From Octopus sinensis (Eukaryota), in assembly GCF_006345805.1 (NCBI RefSeq), contig NC_042998.1, positions 140,740,001-140,804,000 on the forward strand: 64,000 nucleotides of DNA, written 5' to 3'. The position numbers and the translations under genes are program-made. Positions 53,173 to 64,000 of the stretch are shown here, one piece after another (the first letter of the stretch is position 1; each line of letters starts with the position of its first letter). Below the pieces are notes generated by a model. The model worked only from the letters and a program-made list of their open reading frames with translations, was not told the origin of the DNA and ran no database searches.

Positions 53173-53200
53173 ATGTATATATATATATATGTATATATGA
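53085..53200. repeat. Interrupted (TA)n microsatellite; other long (TA)n at 19405-19452, 36205-36247, 49262-49308; (TG)n at 54207-54267
   Basis: Direct reading of the sequence. Confidence 0.95.
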
Positions 53201-53758
53201 ATGAATGAAAGAAGGAAGCAACATAGAAAGGTGTGTGAGGGAGGGAGCAGGGCTGATAGATAAGTGGAGTTAAGCATCTAGATGACATTGGCAGTAAAGT
53301 CAAGAGTTGAGTAATGCTAATCAAATAGAAGCAGCAGTAGTAGTAGCAGCAGCAGTAGCAACAAGTATGGATTCATTTTCTAAATAGAGGTGCATGTGTG
53401 GGTGGATGGGTGGTGTGGGGGTTTGTTGGGGAGAGTAGGATCTTTCCTTTGCAATCTAAACTTTGTTATGTGCACCCATGCATGTTTTCATCTGTGTGAA
53501 TTATGAATAAAACATTTGATGCATATATACCTTAAAGAAACAAAATTAAATGAAAAAAAATTTTTTTTTTACAAAAATTAAATAAAATTAATAAATTTCC
53601 CTCCCCCCCATCCTGCCGCCTCCACTTCCATAACCTCTACAAAAAGAAACGGGGGAGTGGGGGAGGTTGCAAAAGCAACAAACAAACAAAAAAAAAAAAA
53701 CACGTAAAACATCTAATAACTCCCAGCATTCCCTGGTTTTACTTTGAAGTTGTCTTAC

Positions 53759-54205
53759 CGAATCCCATTACAGAGAAAACATTTATTTTCACAAAGCTGG
53801 AAGCTTGGATAGTTTGTTGTTTGATATTCATTAAAAAAAATAATAAATGAATAAAAGTTATAAAAATTGGAGATATTGAAAGATGGAAGCCAAGAGAACA
53901 ATGAAAGAGAAAATGTGTGTGTGTGTGTGTGTGTGTTCATGGATAGAGGGGGCAAAGAGAGGGGTTGAAAACCCAACCACCAATGATTATTATCATTATT
54001 ATTATTATTATTATTATTTAGAAGGGTGAAAGAAATGAGTTGCAAGTAAATTTCAAAACAAAACTGACAAATAATAACATACGTGTGTTAGGAGTGCTTG
54101 GGTTGGTTATCAAAGTGTGTGTTTGCATGAAATAAAAGCACAGTAAAACACACCGCAACCGCACACTCCTTTCACACACACACATGCATTTTGAGATATG
54201 CATAC

Positions 54206-54270
<65 letters not shown>

Positions 54271-54700
54271 AAGTAAAACACATTGAAAAATAGATTTAAA
54301 TTAAATAGAACAGCAGTTCAGAAAATGTGGCTCATGAAGATTAACGATCTTGATATGAATCGTTAATTAATAATTTCTCTTTATAAAAAATAATAATAAA
54401 ATAAAAAGTTAAAAACAAAACAGTAGCAGAAACAGTTGTGACAATGAGACAATGACGATGATGATGAACATGGAAGGGGTGTGGTGGGGTGGGATGAAGA
54501 TTCATAAGGACAAAAGACACAGACAGCCAACATGACACTTGTTGGTTTCTCCCCTCCTCCCTTACTGTCATCTCTCTTGCTCTTAAACAACAGAACACAC
54601 ATGTTAATTTCCTAAAAATAGGGGGAGGAGAGGAATGAAAATGAATTAAAATGGGAGGAATTCCTTCCATTTTTTTTGTAGTGTTTTTTGTTTGTTTTTG
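53759..54700 (-). promoter_or_regulatory. Candidate alternative first exon / promoter
   Basis: Non-repeat region with some retained CpG and UTR-like simple repeats, ending in donor TTCG|GTAAGA at 53758. The 5' boundary is a guess. Confidence 0.3.
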
Positions 54701-55664
54701 GAAAGATGGAAGATATTACATTTGAGGAAACTAAATGGGTACAATAAAAAAAGAAAAAGGGAAAAGGGAGTAAAAAAAAAACAAAAAATATTTTATTTGG
54801 GGCTTATACTTAAATATTGAATATCTTTAAAAAAAATGTTTTCCCTCATAGAGATAAAGAGAGAGAAAGGAACATTTCTCTTAGTTTGTCACTAAAGATA
54901 CATTTGTCTGATGGTGCCAGGATTCTGCTGTTAGATGTTTCAAATTCTAAAACAGGGACAACATTTAGTTAGCATCATTATCATCATCTAACGTCCGCTA
55001 TCCATGCTGGCATGGGTTGGACGGTTTGATTGAGGGCAAGCCAGAAGGCTGCACCAGGCACCAATCTGATCTGGCAAGGTTCCTACAGCTGGATGCCCTT
55101 CTTAACGCCAACCAATCTGAGTGTAGTGGGTGCTTTTTTACGTGCCACCAGCACGGGGGCCAGTCAGGCGGCACTGGCATTGGCCACGCTCGAATAGAGC
55201 TTTTTACATGCCAGTCAAGCAACATTGGCATCGGCCACGACTGTAATTTCACTTGACTCAACAGGTCTTCTCAAGCACAGCATATTGCCTGATGATTGAA
55301 GGGTACTTTTAAATGGGCCAGTTATGCAACACTGGCATCAGCCACGGCTACAATCTCACTTGGCTTGCCAGGTCCTCTGAAGCACAGCTTATCTCCAACG
55401 GTCTCTAACGCTTGTCATTGCTTCTGTAAGGCCTAACGTTTGAAGGTTGTGCTTCACCACCTCATCCCATGTCTTCCTGGGTCTACCTCTTCTAAAGGTT
55501 CCCTCCACTGTCACAGTGTGACATTTCTTCACACAGCTGTCTTCACCCATACGCAACACATGGCCATACCACGTCTGATGCTTCTTATGTCCAACTTTTC
55601 TCTTGGAGCATTTACACTATGCTAGTTTTACATGGCCAGCTGACATGGAAAATAATAATAATAA

Positions 55665-56230
55665 TCCTTTCTGCTATAGGCACAAGGCCTGAAATTTAAG
55701 GGAGGGAGGTAGTCAATTACATTGACCCCCAGCATTCAACTGGTACTTATTTCAATTTCATCGACCCTGAAAGGATGAAAGGCAAAGTCAAATTTGGTGG
55801 AATTTGAACTGAGAAGATGCAAACAGACGAAATACTGCTGAGTATTTCGCCCGGCATGCTAATGATTCTGCCAGTTCATCGCTATGATGATGATAATAAT
55901 AATAATTCTTTCTACTATAGGCACAAGGCGTGAAATTTTGGGTGAGGGATTAAGTCAATCACATCGATCCTGAAAGGCAAAGTCAATCTTGTCAGAATTT
56001 GAACTCAGAATTTAAGGATGGGTGAAAGACTGCTAAGCATTTCACCCAGTGTGCTAATGATTCTGCCAGGTCACCACCTTAATAATAATAATGATGATGG
56101 TTTCATATTTTGGCATAAGGCCAGTAACTTTATGGGGGTACACTAAGTTGATTACATTGAGCCCAATGCTCAACTGGCACTTATTTTACTGAACCCTGAA
56201 AGAATGAAAGACGAAGTTGATCTCAGAATA
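55665..56230 (-). mobile_element. Tandem array of 3 family-A SINEs
   Basis: Same unit with (AAT)n spacers. Confidence 0.85.
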
Positions 56231-56774
56231 AATAGAGATGCAACAAATACCATAAGGCATTCTGTTCAATGCTCTAAACAGCTTTGCCAATTTGCTACCA
56301 TAAAAAAAGAAAAAAGAAAAAAAGTCAAAGCTGGAGTATCTTTGAATGTAGGTTTGCTCTTTGCTCAATCAGAGCTGAGCTGGAGTTAAACAGCATCAGC
56401 AACAACTACAACAATGCTTGTCTTATTGCTACAAATTCTCCCATTGGCCCAGTTATATGCTAGTTTTACATGGCCAACCAACATGGATAACATTATTAAT
56501 AATAATAATAAAAATAATAATAAAAAAGAAACACCCTCCCTTTCCCCCCCACCATATAGATGTGACTCACAAATTGAATACTGTTACTATATGAAAACAT
56601 TTCCATTATTAAAGATCAAACAGATACACAAAAGTTAAAATATCCTGCACTATTATTTAATCGTGAGATTCAATTTCCTCTGCATCTCTGTTGAATTCAG
56701 CAGAATACTGACAATGTTGAAAATTGCAATAACACTATTTATAAAGAGAACAACATAATGGACAGCGAGCTTCA

Positions 56775-56818
<44 letters not shown>

Positions 56819-58432
56819 ACATACATACACATACAGACATATATATATATATATGAGTACTTTAGTTCTCTTGCGTTGAATCTACAATAACCTCAATCAC
56901 CAATTACCTTAAATGAAACAAGTTAAATTTATTTTTTTCAAAACGTTAATAACAATATAGGTTCAGGAATTGGCTGCATGGTTTAAGAGGCTTGCTTTGC
57001 AACCACATGGCTTTGAGTTCAGTCTCAATGCGCAGCACTTTTGGCAAGTGTCTTCTCTTATAGGCCAGAGCTGACCAATGCCTTGTGAGTGAATTTGGTA
57101 GAAGGAAACTGTGTGGAAGCCAATCACATGCATGAGTGCATCTGTCCTTGCTTGGCCCCAGCACAACCAGACAACCAATGTTGGTTTGTTAATGTCCTAG
57201 TAACTTAACGATCTAGAAAAATAGACCAAGAGAATAAGTACCAGTCTTAAAAAATAAGTACTGGTCTTGATTTGTTTGTGGTGCTCCAGCATAGGCACTA
57301 TCTTCAAGGCAATGCCCTGGCATGGTCACAGTGCAATGACTGAAACAAGTAAAAGAGAAAAGAGCATATGGCCTAGTGGTTAGGGTGGTTTAAGATAACG
57401 GTTTTGATTCCTGAACTGGGTGGCACATTGTGTTCATGAAGCAAAACACTTCATTTCATATTGCGCTAGTCCACTCAACTGTAAATTGGTTCCACTAATA
57501 CCTGGGAAGTTAACCCCGTCACAGATCAGGGTCCTGTTCATATGGGAGTGTTGTAATGTCAGTTACTTATAACACTATGGAAAACAGGTTAAGCCCCAAT
57601 CCTGTGAATCCTAAGGCTCACAATGGAACTAAGTCTAGGCAATTATAATGCAAGATCTTCTAAACAGGAATGGTTCTAAACTTTTGTAAGTTGTGCAACT
57701 ACTCAAATAAGAGGCAAGTTGTCAATCAAAGGTTCATTACTTTAATCAAGTGCCTGAGGGATGTAAAACAAAGAACTACACACATACACACCAAAGAAAA
57801 TATAAAATAAGACAGCAGAAAATATTCCTAAAACAAAGCATGGCTGTGACAGAAAGAAATTCATTTTGCAACCACATGGTTGAGTTCACCGCAACAATAA
57901 TCAAAAGCTTCCTCATTATGACCATCTTGCTTTCAGGAAAAACGTACCAAGGATTACATTATTCAACATGTGTCTTCCCCTTTTTTAAAATGTAATGAGA
58001 GATTTAGCTGTTATTTCCAGCAAGCTAAGAGACTTGGTTGAGATTTCCTCAGCTAGCAAATAGATTAAAGTGAAATGTAGTTGGTGACTGCAAAGATGCC
58101 ACGGAAGAAAGAGAGTGTGATATGCTAAATGTATAAAATGCTTAACAAGAAGTTTTATAGCAAAATTAACTTGAGACAATGAAGAAATACGACATGAAGA
58201 GCACCATAAATCTTTTCATGAAGATATAAAAGTGTTTGTTATCATATCAATGCTGGTATATTTTAACTTTGGTTGAAATTATTTAATGCAGGGAATATGC
58301 ACCACACACACACACATACACTCCCTCTGATAAATGACAAGAATCTGAAACGTCAGGTTCTTCACATCAACTAAGATCACCATCAGTTTTCTCTGATACA
58401 CAATCTCTACTTTAGTAAAGAGAAAGAAAGAT

Positions 58433-58890
58433 GGCAAGAGTAAGGAGAGAGAGAGAGAAGACAAGAGTAAGGAGAGAGAGAGAGAAGACAAGAGTAAGGA
58501 GAGAGAGAAGGCAAGAGTAAGGAGAGAGAGAGAGAAGGCAAGAGTAAGGAGAGAGAGAAGGCAAGAGTAAGGAGAGAGAGAGAGAAGGCAAGAGTAAGGA
58601 GAGAGAGAGAGAGAAGGCAAGAGTAAGGAGAGAGAGAGAAGGCAAGAGTAAGGAGAGAGAGAGAAGGCAAGAGTAAGGAGAGAGAGAGAAGGCAAGAGTA
58701 AGGAGAGAGAGAAGGCAAGAGTAAGGAGAGAGAGAAGGCAAGAGTAAGGAGAGAGAAGGCAAGAGTAAGGAGAGAGAGAAGGCAAGAGTAAGGAGAGAGA
58801 AAGTAGGCAAGAGTAAGGAGAGAGAAAGTAGGCAAGAGTAAGGAGAGAGAAAGTAGGCAAGAGTAAGGAGAGAGAAAGAAGGCAAGAGCA
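58433..58890. repeat. Homopurine minisatellite, 18 full + 1 partial copy of GGCAAGAGTAAG(GA)nA, unit 21-29 bp
   Basis: Counted caagagtaagg cores from 58435 to 58858. Confidence 0.97.
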
Positions 58891-60054
58891 AATATAATTT
58901 CAGCAGTTTAATTCCTTCTAGTAATGGAAAATTCCTATAATTAGTGGACATCATTTCATGTCCATATTCTATGGTGGCATGGGTTGGACAGTTCGACTAA
59001 CCTGGAGGCTGTGTTGGTCATCAGTGTGTTTTGGCAAGGTTTAGAATAGCTGAATGCCCTTCATAATGCCAACCACTTTACAGAGTATACTGGGTGCTAT
59101 TTTTGTGGCTTTAGTAAGGCCACCAAGTAACCTGCAAGGCCCTTGATAGAGTGGGTGGTAGAGTATTGAGGGAAGTGGACTTTTCCAGGTGTGAAGAGGC
59201 TAAAGTATGATAAAGGGACAACAAGTGTCTTGCAGTGAGATAGACACATGACAGTGTTCATAAACCCAGATCAACAACCCATAATCAAAGGTACTACAGC
59301 CACTCACCACACCACATCTTTAGAGGTATACAACACACAATGTGACCTTTTCTGCATCAAGACGATCACTTTCACAGTTTGATAAAGATTTGGCTGCAAC
59401 TGTTTATTTGAGCAGACATTAACCGTTTAATATTTATACTTCTTTGTCAAATGTATTGTTTATTTATTCACATTGTATCGAATTAATCATACATCATGTT
59501 GTAACTTCGAGGTTTCTATGGTGTGTTTGTACACTTTTTGAATGATATTGTAGGGCAGGTGCGAGAGGCTGGATCTGGTTAGGCTTTTTTAAAAGCATAA
59601 AACAGGTAGAATATTTGGATCAAAATATGGCCGTATTAAATGTTTAAGGGGTTAAGTTGTAAACAGTGTAGTTTCAGGGAAGATATGGCTACCATTTCTA
59701 GTAAAGTGTACATATACACACATTTATGTACATATACATAATACAGTATTTTACACACACACAGAAAATGGGGAGAGATACAGAGGCAAAAATTGGAAAG
59801 AAAAGGAGAGCTGTATTTTTTTTTTTTTGAACTGTCTGAAGAAAGATTGCAGTGATTTGGTTAAACAGCTTTTGCTATGAATTCTTCGAATGTTGCTAAA
59901 AAATGATGAAATACCACACTAAGGTGACGTGTGTGTGAGTGTGTGTGTGTGTGTGTGTGTGTACGTGCGCACGCCACAAGGATTGAAATAAAATACAAAA
60001 CTAGAAAAGGATATATGGTGAAAGAGTTAATTAGAAGCAAAGTGATAGTATGGA

Positions 60055-60530
60055 ATGAAAGAGAGAGAAAGAAAGCAAGAGCAAAGAGAGGAGGAAAAAG
60101 GCAAGAGTAAAGAGAGAGAGAGAGAAAGGCAAGAGTAAAGAGAGAGAGAAAGAAAGAAGGCAAGAGTAAGAGAGAAAGAAAGAAAGAAAGGCAAGAGTAA
60201 AAGAGAGAGAAGGCAAAAGTAAAGAGAGAAAGAAAGGCAAGCAAAGGTAGAGAGAATGGGAGAATGCAAGAGTAGAGAGAGGGAGGAGGCAAGAGTAGAA
60301 AGAGGGATGAGGCGAGAGCAGAGTAGAGAGAGAAGAGCAGAGCAGAGAGAGAGAGAGAAGCAAGAGCTAGGGAGAGAGAGAGAGAGACAGAGAGGCCAAA
60401 GCAGAGAGAAAGAGAGGCCAGAGCAGAGAGAGAAAGAAAGAGAGAGAGGCCAGAGCTGAGAGAGAGAGAGAGAAGCAAGAGACGGAAGGAGTGACAGTAA
60501 GAGACAGTGAGAGAGAAAGGAGAGATAGAG
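60055..60530. repeat. Diverged homopurine minisatellite related to 58433-58890
   Basis: aaggcaagagtaaagagagag units degrading into ggccaaagcagagagaaag units. Confidence 0.9.
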
Positions 60531-60773
60531 ATCAATGAAAATAGTTCGGTTTATTATGGAAATTAATATGAAGCAGATGAAAGTAAACATATCGCTTTAT
60601 AAAAGAACGTTGAGAGATTAAAATAAGGCGGATGTGTTAAGTTGTGTAGCACTATCTAAAAGAACTTAATATCAGCTTTACTACAAACATAAACCTTCAA
60701 CAGATTACAAACAATTTCTGAGCAGACTTTCCATCATTGGAATAGCAATGCGAAAGATTACGGAACCTCTTAC

Positions 60774-60836
60774 CAAACTGACATCTCTCTCTCCCTCTCA
60801 GGAACATTATCAAGTTTCAAATAACGATAGACAGAG
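60774..60836 (-). other. Candidate 63-nt 5' UTR exon
   Basis: About 25-30 nt pyrimidine tract ending ctcctatcAG (60838-60837); donor TTTG|GTAAGA at 60773. Confidence 0.4.
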
Positions 60837-61448
60837 CTGATAGGAGAGAAAGAAAGAAAGAGAGAGTTAGAAGAGCACAGAGAAAGGCAAGCCAAGATTA
60901 TCAAGAATGATAATGTTCTTTCGCTCAGAAACCAGTAGTAGCTATATAACAAGCAAGCAAGCAATGAAAATATCATTTGAGAAAGAGAGACAGACTGACA
61001 GACACAGAGCTAAAAAGAGCAGGACGGACACGGACACACACAGAGGCAGACAATAAAATAAAAATGTAATAAAATAAAATAAAACACAGACATTAAACAA
61101 AAAAAAAGAAAAAGAAAGAAAGAAAGGAAGGAAAAAACAGAAAAGGTTTGGCCATTGATAAAAAGCAGTAGGCCATTTAAGATGAAAAGGAGAAGAAATT
61201 AGCAACAATCCTACTCAAATAACTCGGTCCTTTTGAAGTTTTCTAAATGTGAGCTCTGGTAAATAGAAAGAGAGAAAGAGAAGAAAAAGAAAACAGAAGA
61301 TAGGAAGGAAGTAGCGAAGGAGGGGACGAGGGAATAAGAGAGAAAAAGGGAGAGAGGGAGAGAGTGAGTGAGAGCGGTAGAGCAGGGGAGGATAAAAGAA
61401 AAAACTGAAGCAGTTATTTAGTGCAAGATTTTTTCTATATTAGCTCAC

Positions 61449-61830
61449 TGTCCGAGATGGAGAGGGTATCCTCAAAAGTTCACATAGAATAATAATAATA
61501 ATAATAATAATAACAATAACAATAATAATAAATAAATAAATAAATAAAAAGAAAGTCAACAGCTTTAGATGTTTGTCTTTCAGATTTTGAATTTTCTTTT
61601 TCTTTTTTGAAATCCTGGTGGTGGAGAGCAAAAGCAGAACGACAGAAAAAGGAGGGGGTGAGAGAGAGAAGGGGGTAGTTAAGAGAAAGAGGAAGAGTAA
61701 ACGAGACAAAGGGAGAACAGTCGAGAGAAAGAGTTGGTGAGGAGAGAGAGAGGTACGTTTGTCAGCGAGAAAGACAAAGTAGCTGTGTTGGTGAGAGAGA
61801 GAGAGCTTTATTTTATCGGCTCAAATTAGA
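61449..61830 (-). promoter_or_regulatory. Candidate Axin promoter / first non-coding exon
   Basis: Non-repeat, CpG-retaining stretch, pyrimidine-rich on the sense strand. Donor-like CA|GTGAGC at 61448. CpG becomes sparse beyond about 61.83 kb. The TSS cannot be defined from sequence. Confidence 0.4.
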
Positions 61831-64000
61831 GTGCAATAGGGTTAGTGATTAAAGTTTTTGAAGTGAAAGCTCAAAGGTTTCACTATGTTTGAAACAGTAA
61901 CTTTTGCTTTGACAACTATTTTGTTAAATAAGGAATTTTGACTTTTGAAGAGAACATAGATCCAAAGTAGGGCCATTTGCTTTCAGAACCTGAGATAAAT
62001 TTGGAAAAACAGCAAGCTGATTACTACTAATCTCTCTTCTCATTTCACAGAATCCTGTTGTTTGTTATTTTCTTTTTTTCTTTTTTAGAGGTTTTGAAGT
62101 TGTTGAGTAATTGAGTAAATCCACTGGAGCAAATCTACAGCACAATAATAGATAGCTGATTAAGTGCTTATGGTAAACCATGAATGAAAGTTCCAGTTGT
62201 TTGATCAATAGAAAACCTATTCATTGTATTCATCATTTTAACGTCCACTTTTTTTATGCTTGCCTGGGGCAGGCAGTTTAACCGAGGCAGATTTTCTACA
62301 AACATGTATCCTTCTTGTTGCCAAACTTTCACCTGTTTCCAAAGCAAGCTAACGTTTTCTAGACACGTTCTCATAGTATATTGGAAAAGAATGACATTGT
62401 ATGACAGTGGCAATCATACATATAATTATCTAGGCAATGTCAAGGAGACACAAACTCATGAACAACAGGCATATTTCATTTCCGTCTACCAAAATCCACT
62501 TACAAGGCTTTGGCCAGTCCAAGCTTTGGAAGGCGCTTGTCCAATGTGGAATGAGTTGGATGGCCTAAGATGAGCTTATTGATCAGAGGATTGCGTTGTG
62601 CTCCAATATCTGGTTCAGTAGAGTTGGCAACAAGAATGGCATCCAGTAGTGGAAAATTACCAACAAATTCTTTCTAACCCATGCAAATATGGAAAACTAG
62701 ACATTAAAACGATGATGATGAAGATGATGCGATAGTAGTTGGCTAACCATTGCAGACATTTGTACCTTTTAACCCTTTAAATAGACTTGGCCTCACAGTG
62801 TGTGGACAAGGCTGGTCCTTCAAATTCTGAATAATTTTCATCTGTACAAATGTTACAAGATTGAAGAAGGGGGAAATTTAAGGCGTTTCAGACACTTGGC
62901 CATTGCATAGTAAGATCAAAGCTACTAGGGGGAAAGATTTCTTAACTGCTCTGCCATGCATTGAAGGCACCTCCTTACACTACTTCAAACTTTGGGACTG
63001 AAGATGGGAAGTTTGGTGAATATCATCAGATGTCATTTAAGGAAAACAGAAAGTACATTCCACTGCACTTGATGAGAATAATATAAGAGGAGGTAAGTTG
63101 GGAAACTGCTAGATTTTGCAGCAGGGGAGCTTCAGATTGAATTATCTTCTGCTCTTCAAGCAAAAGCATTAATCATCATTTTGGTGGATGTGTATGTCAC
63201 AAGAGGCTAGAAAGTTTTAACTGCAGTCTCTGAATAACATAAAAAGCACATTCCAGTTTTGTGAGAAATAGTTTACAGATACAAAAAGATTATCAAGTGG
63301 ATTGAGTCGATAATCTTTCTGATTAGTTAAACTATAAAACCAAAAAGTTGCCTATCTTTCAGTTTTTAAGAGTCTATCTTGATGGCATGAAAAATGTATC
63401 TGCTTATTATTAGACACATCCAAATTTTAGCAGTGTATATTCAGGTAAAAAGAATTGTTATGCATCAAAACATGTTAATATAGGCCCAACTTAAGGTAGT
63501 GAGGTGGCAAAATACTTAATGGCCTTTTGTCCATCTCTATACTTGGAGTTCAAATTTCACAGAGGTTAACTGCCTTTCCTCATTTTGGAGGTCAATAAAA
63601 TAAGTACCAGTTAAGCACTGGGGTTGATGTAATCTACTTACTCCCTCCCATGAAGTTGCTGGTCTTGTACCAAAATTTGAAACTAATATAGGCCCAACTT
63701 AAAATAAAGGATCCAGGGAGCTTTTTTTTTTTTTGAAGACATTTCTTGAAAAGAAAAGTATATCTTATATTGCCATCAAAAATGGTAAGTATATTTTATG
63801 TTAGTGTTTTGCAAGTTAAAATGGCTTTTTAACAACATTGAACATGAAAAATATCTACCGTTATCCAATGAAGTCAGCATAGAATTTACAGAAATACAAG
63901 CAACTAGTCTACCATCACAGAGTTTCAAGCTACATGTATTGTAGAAACACTGCTAGAGTAAGAATTGTCTTGACAAGACTGCAAGGATAGCTTGTCACAT

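Noticed and set aside
58279-60590. Leu/Ser-rich ORFs of 110-224 aa that look like membrane proteins
   Set aside because: They are reverse-strand translations of homopurine minisatellites.
1-64000. CRISPR arrays, rRNA, operons or prokaryotic systems
   Set aside because: The window is eukaryotic intron-rich DNA; regularly spaced repeats are SINE arrays or satellites without unique fixed-length spacers.

Overview
This is AT-rich, microsatellite- and SINE-dense eukaryotic genomic DNA. The repeat families look like those of an octopod cephalopod (probably Octopus; the species cannot be determined here). The only host protein-coding gene I can support is Axin, on the minus strand. Two coding exons are present. 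The first is 46815-45785 and encodes the tankyrase-binding motif RPPVPGKE and the RGS/APC-binding domain. The second is 20996-20850 and encodes YAPVSAQDSELHSLSSEATNDDTVSMTDSS. They join in frame across a 24,788-nt phase-2 GT-AG intron. I did not find the downstream exons (GSK3-binding, beta-catenin-binding, DIX), so they probably lie beyond position 1. The 5' non-coding exons probably lie at about 53.7-61.8 kb. The rest of the window is intron filled with tRNA-derived SINEs (often in tandem arrays), an RTE-like non-autonomous repeat, Tc1/mariner and piggyBac-like MITEs, decayed mariner, maT (DD37D) and CR1-like remnants, and GA/GT satellites that explain the long ORFs in the track. The most interesting signals are: (1) a Cys-rich expansion and a remodelled second tankyrase site in the Axin N-terminus; (2) upstream ATGs in both other frames just before the start codon; (3) several non-repeat, CpG-retaining islands inside the gene body that look like internal or bidirectional promoters, one with an adjacent TCF HMG + Helper site pair; and (4) inverted repeats that could support dsRNA editing or circularisation of the RGS exon. 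All regulatory and isoform ideas are hypotheses from sequence alone.
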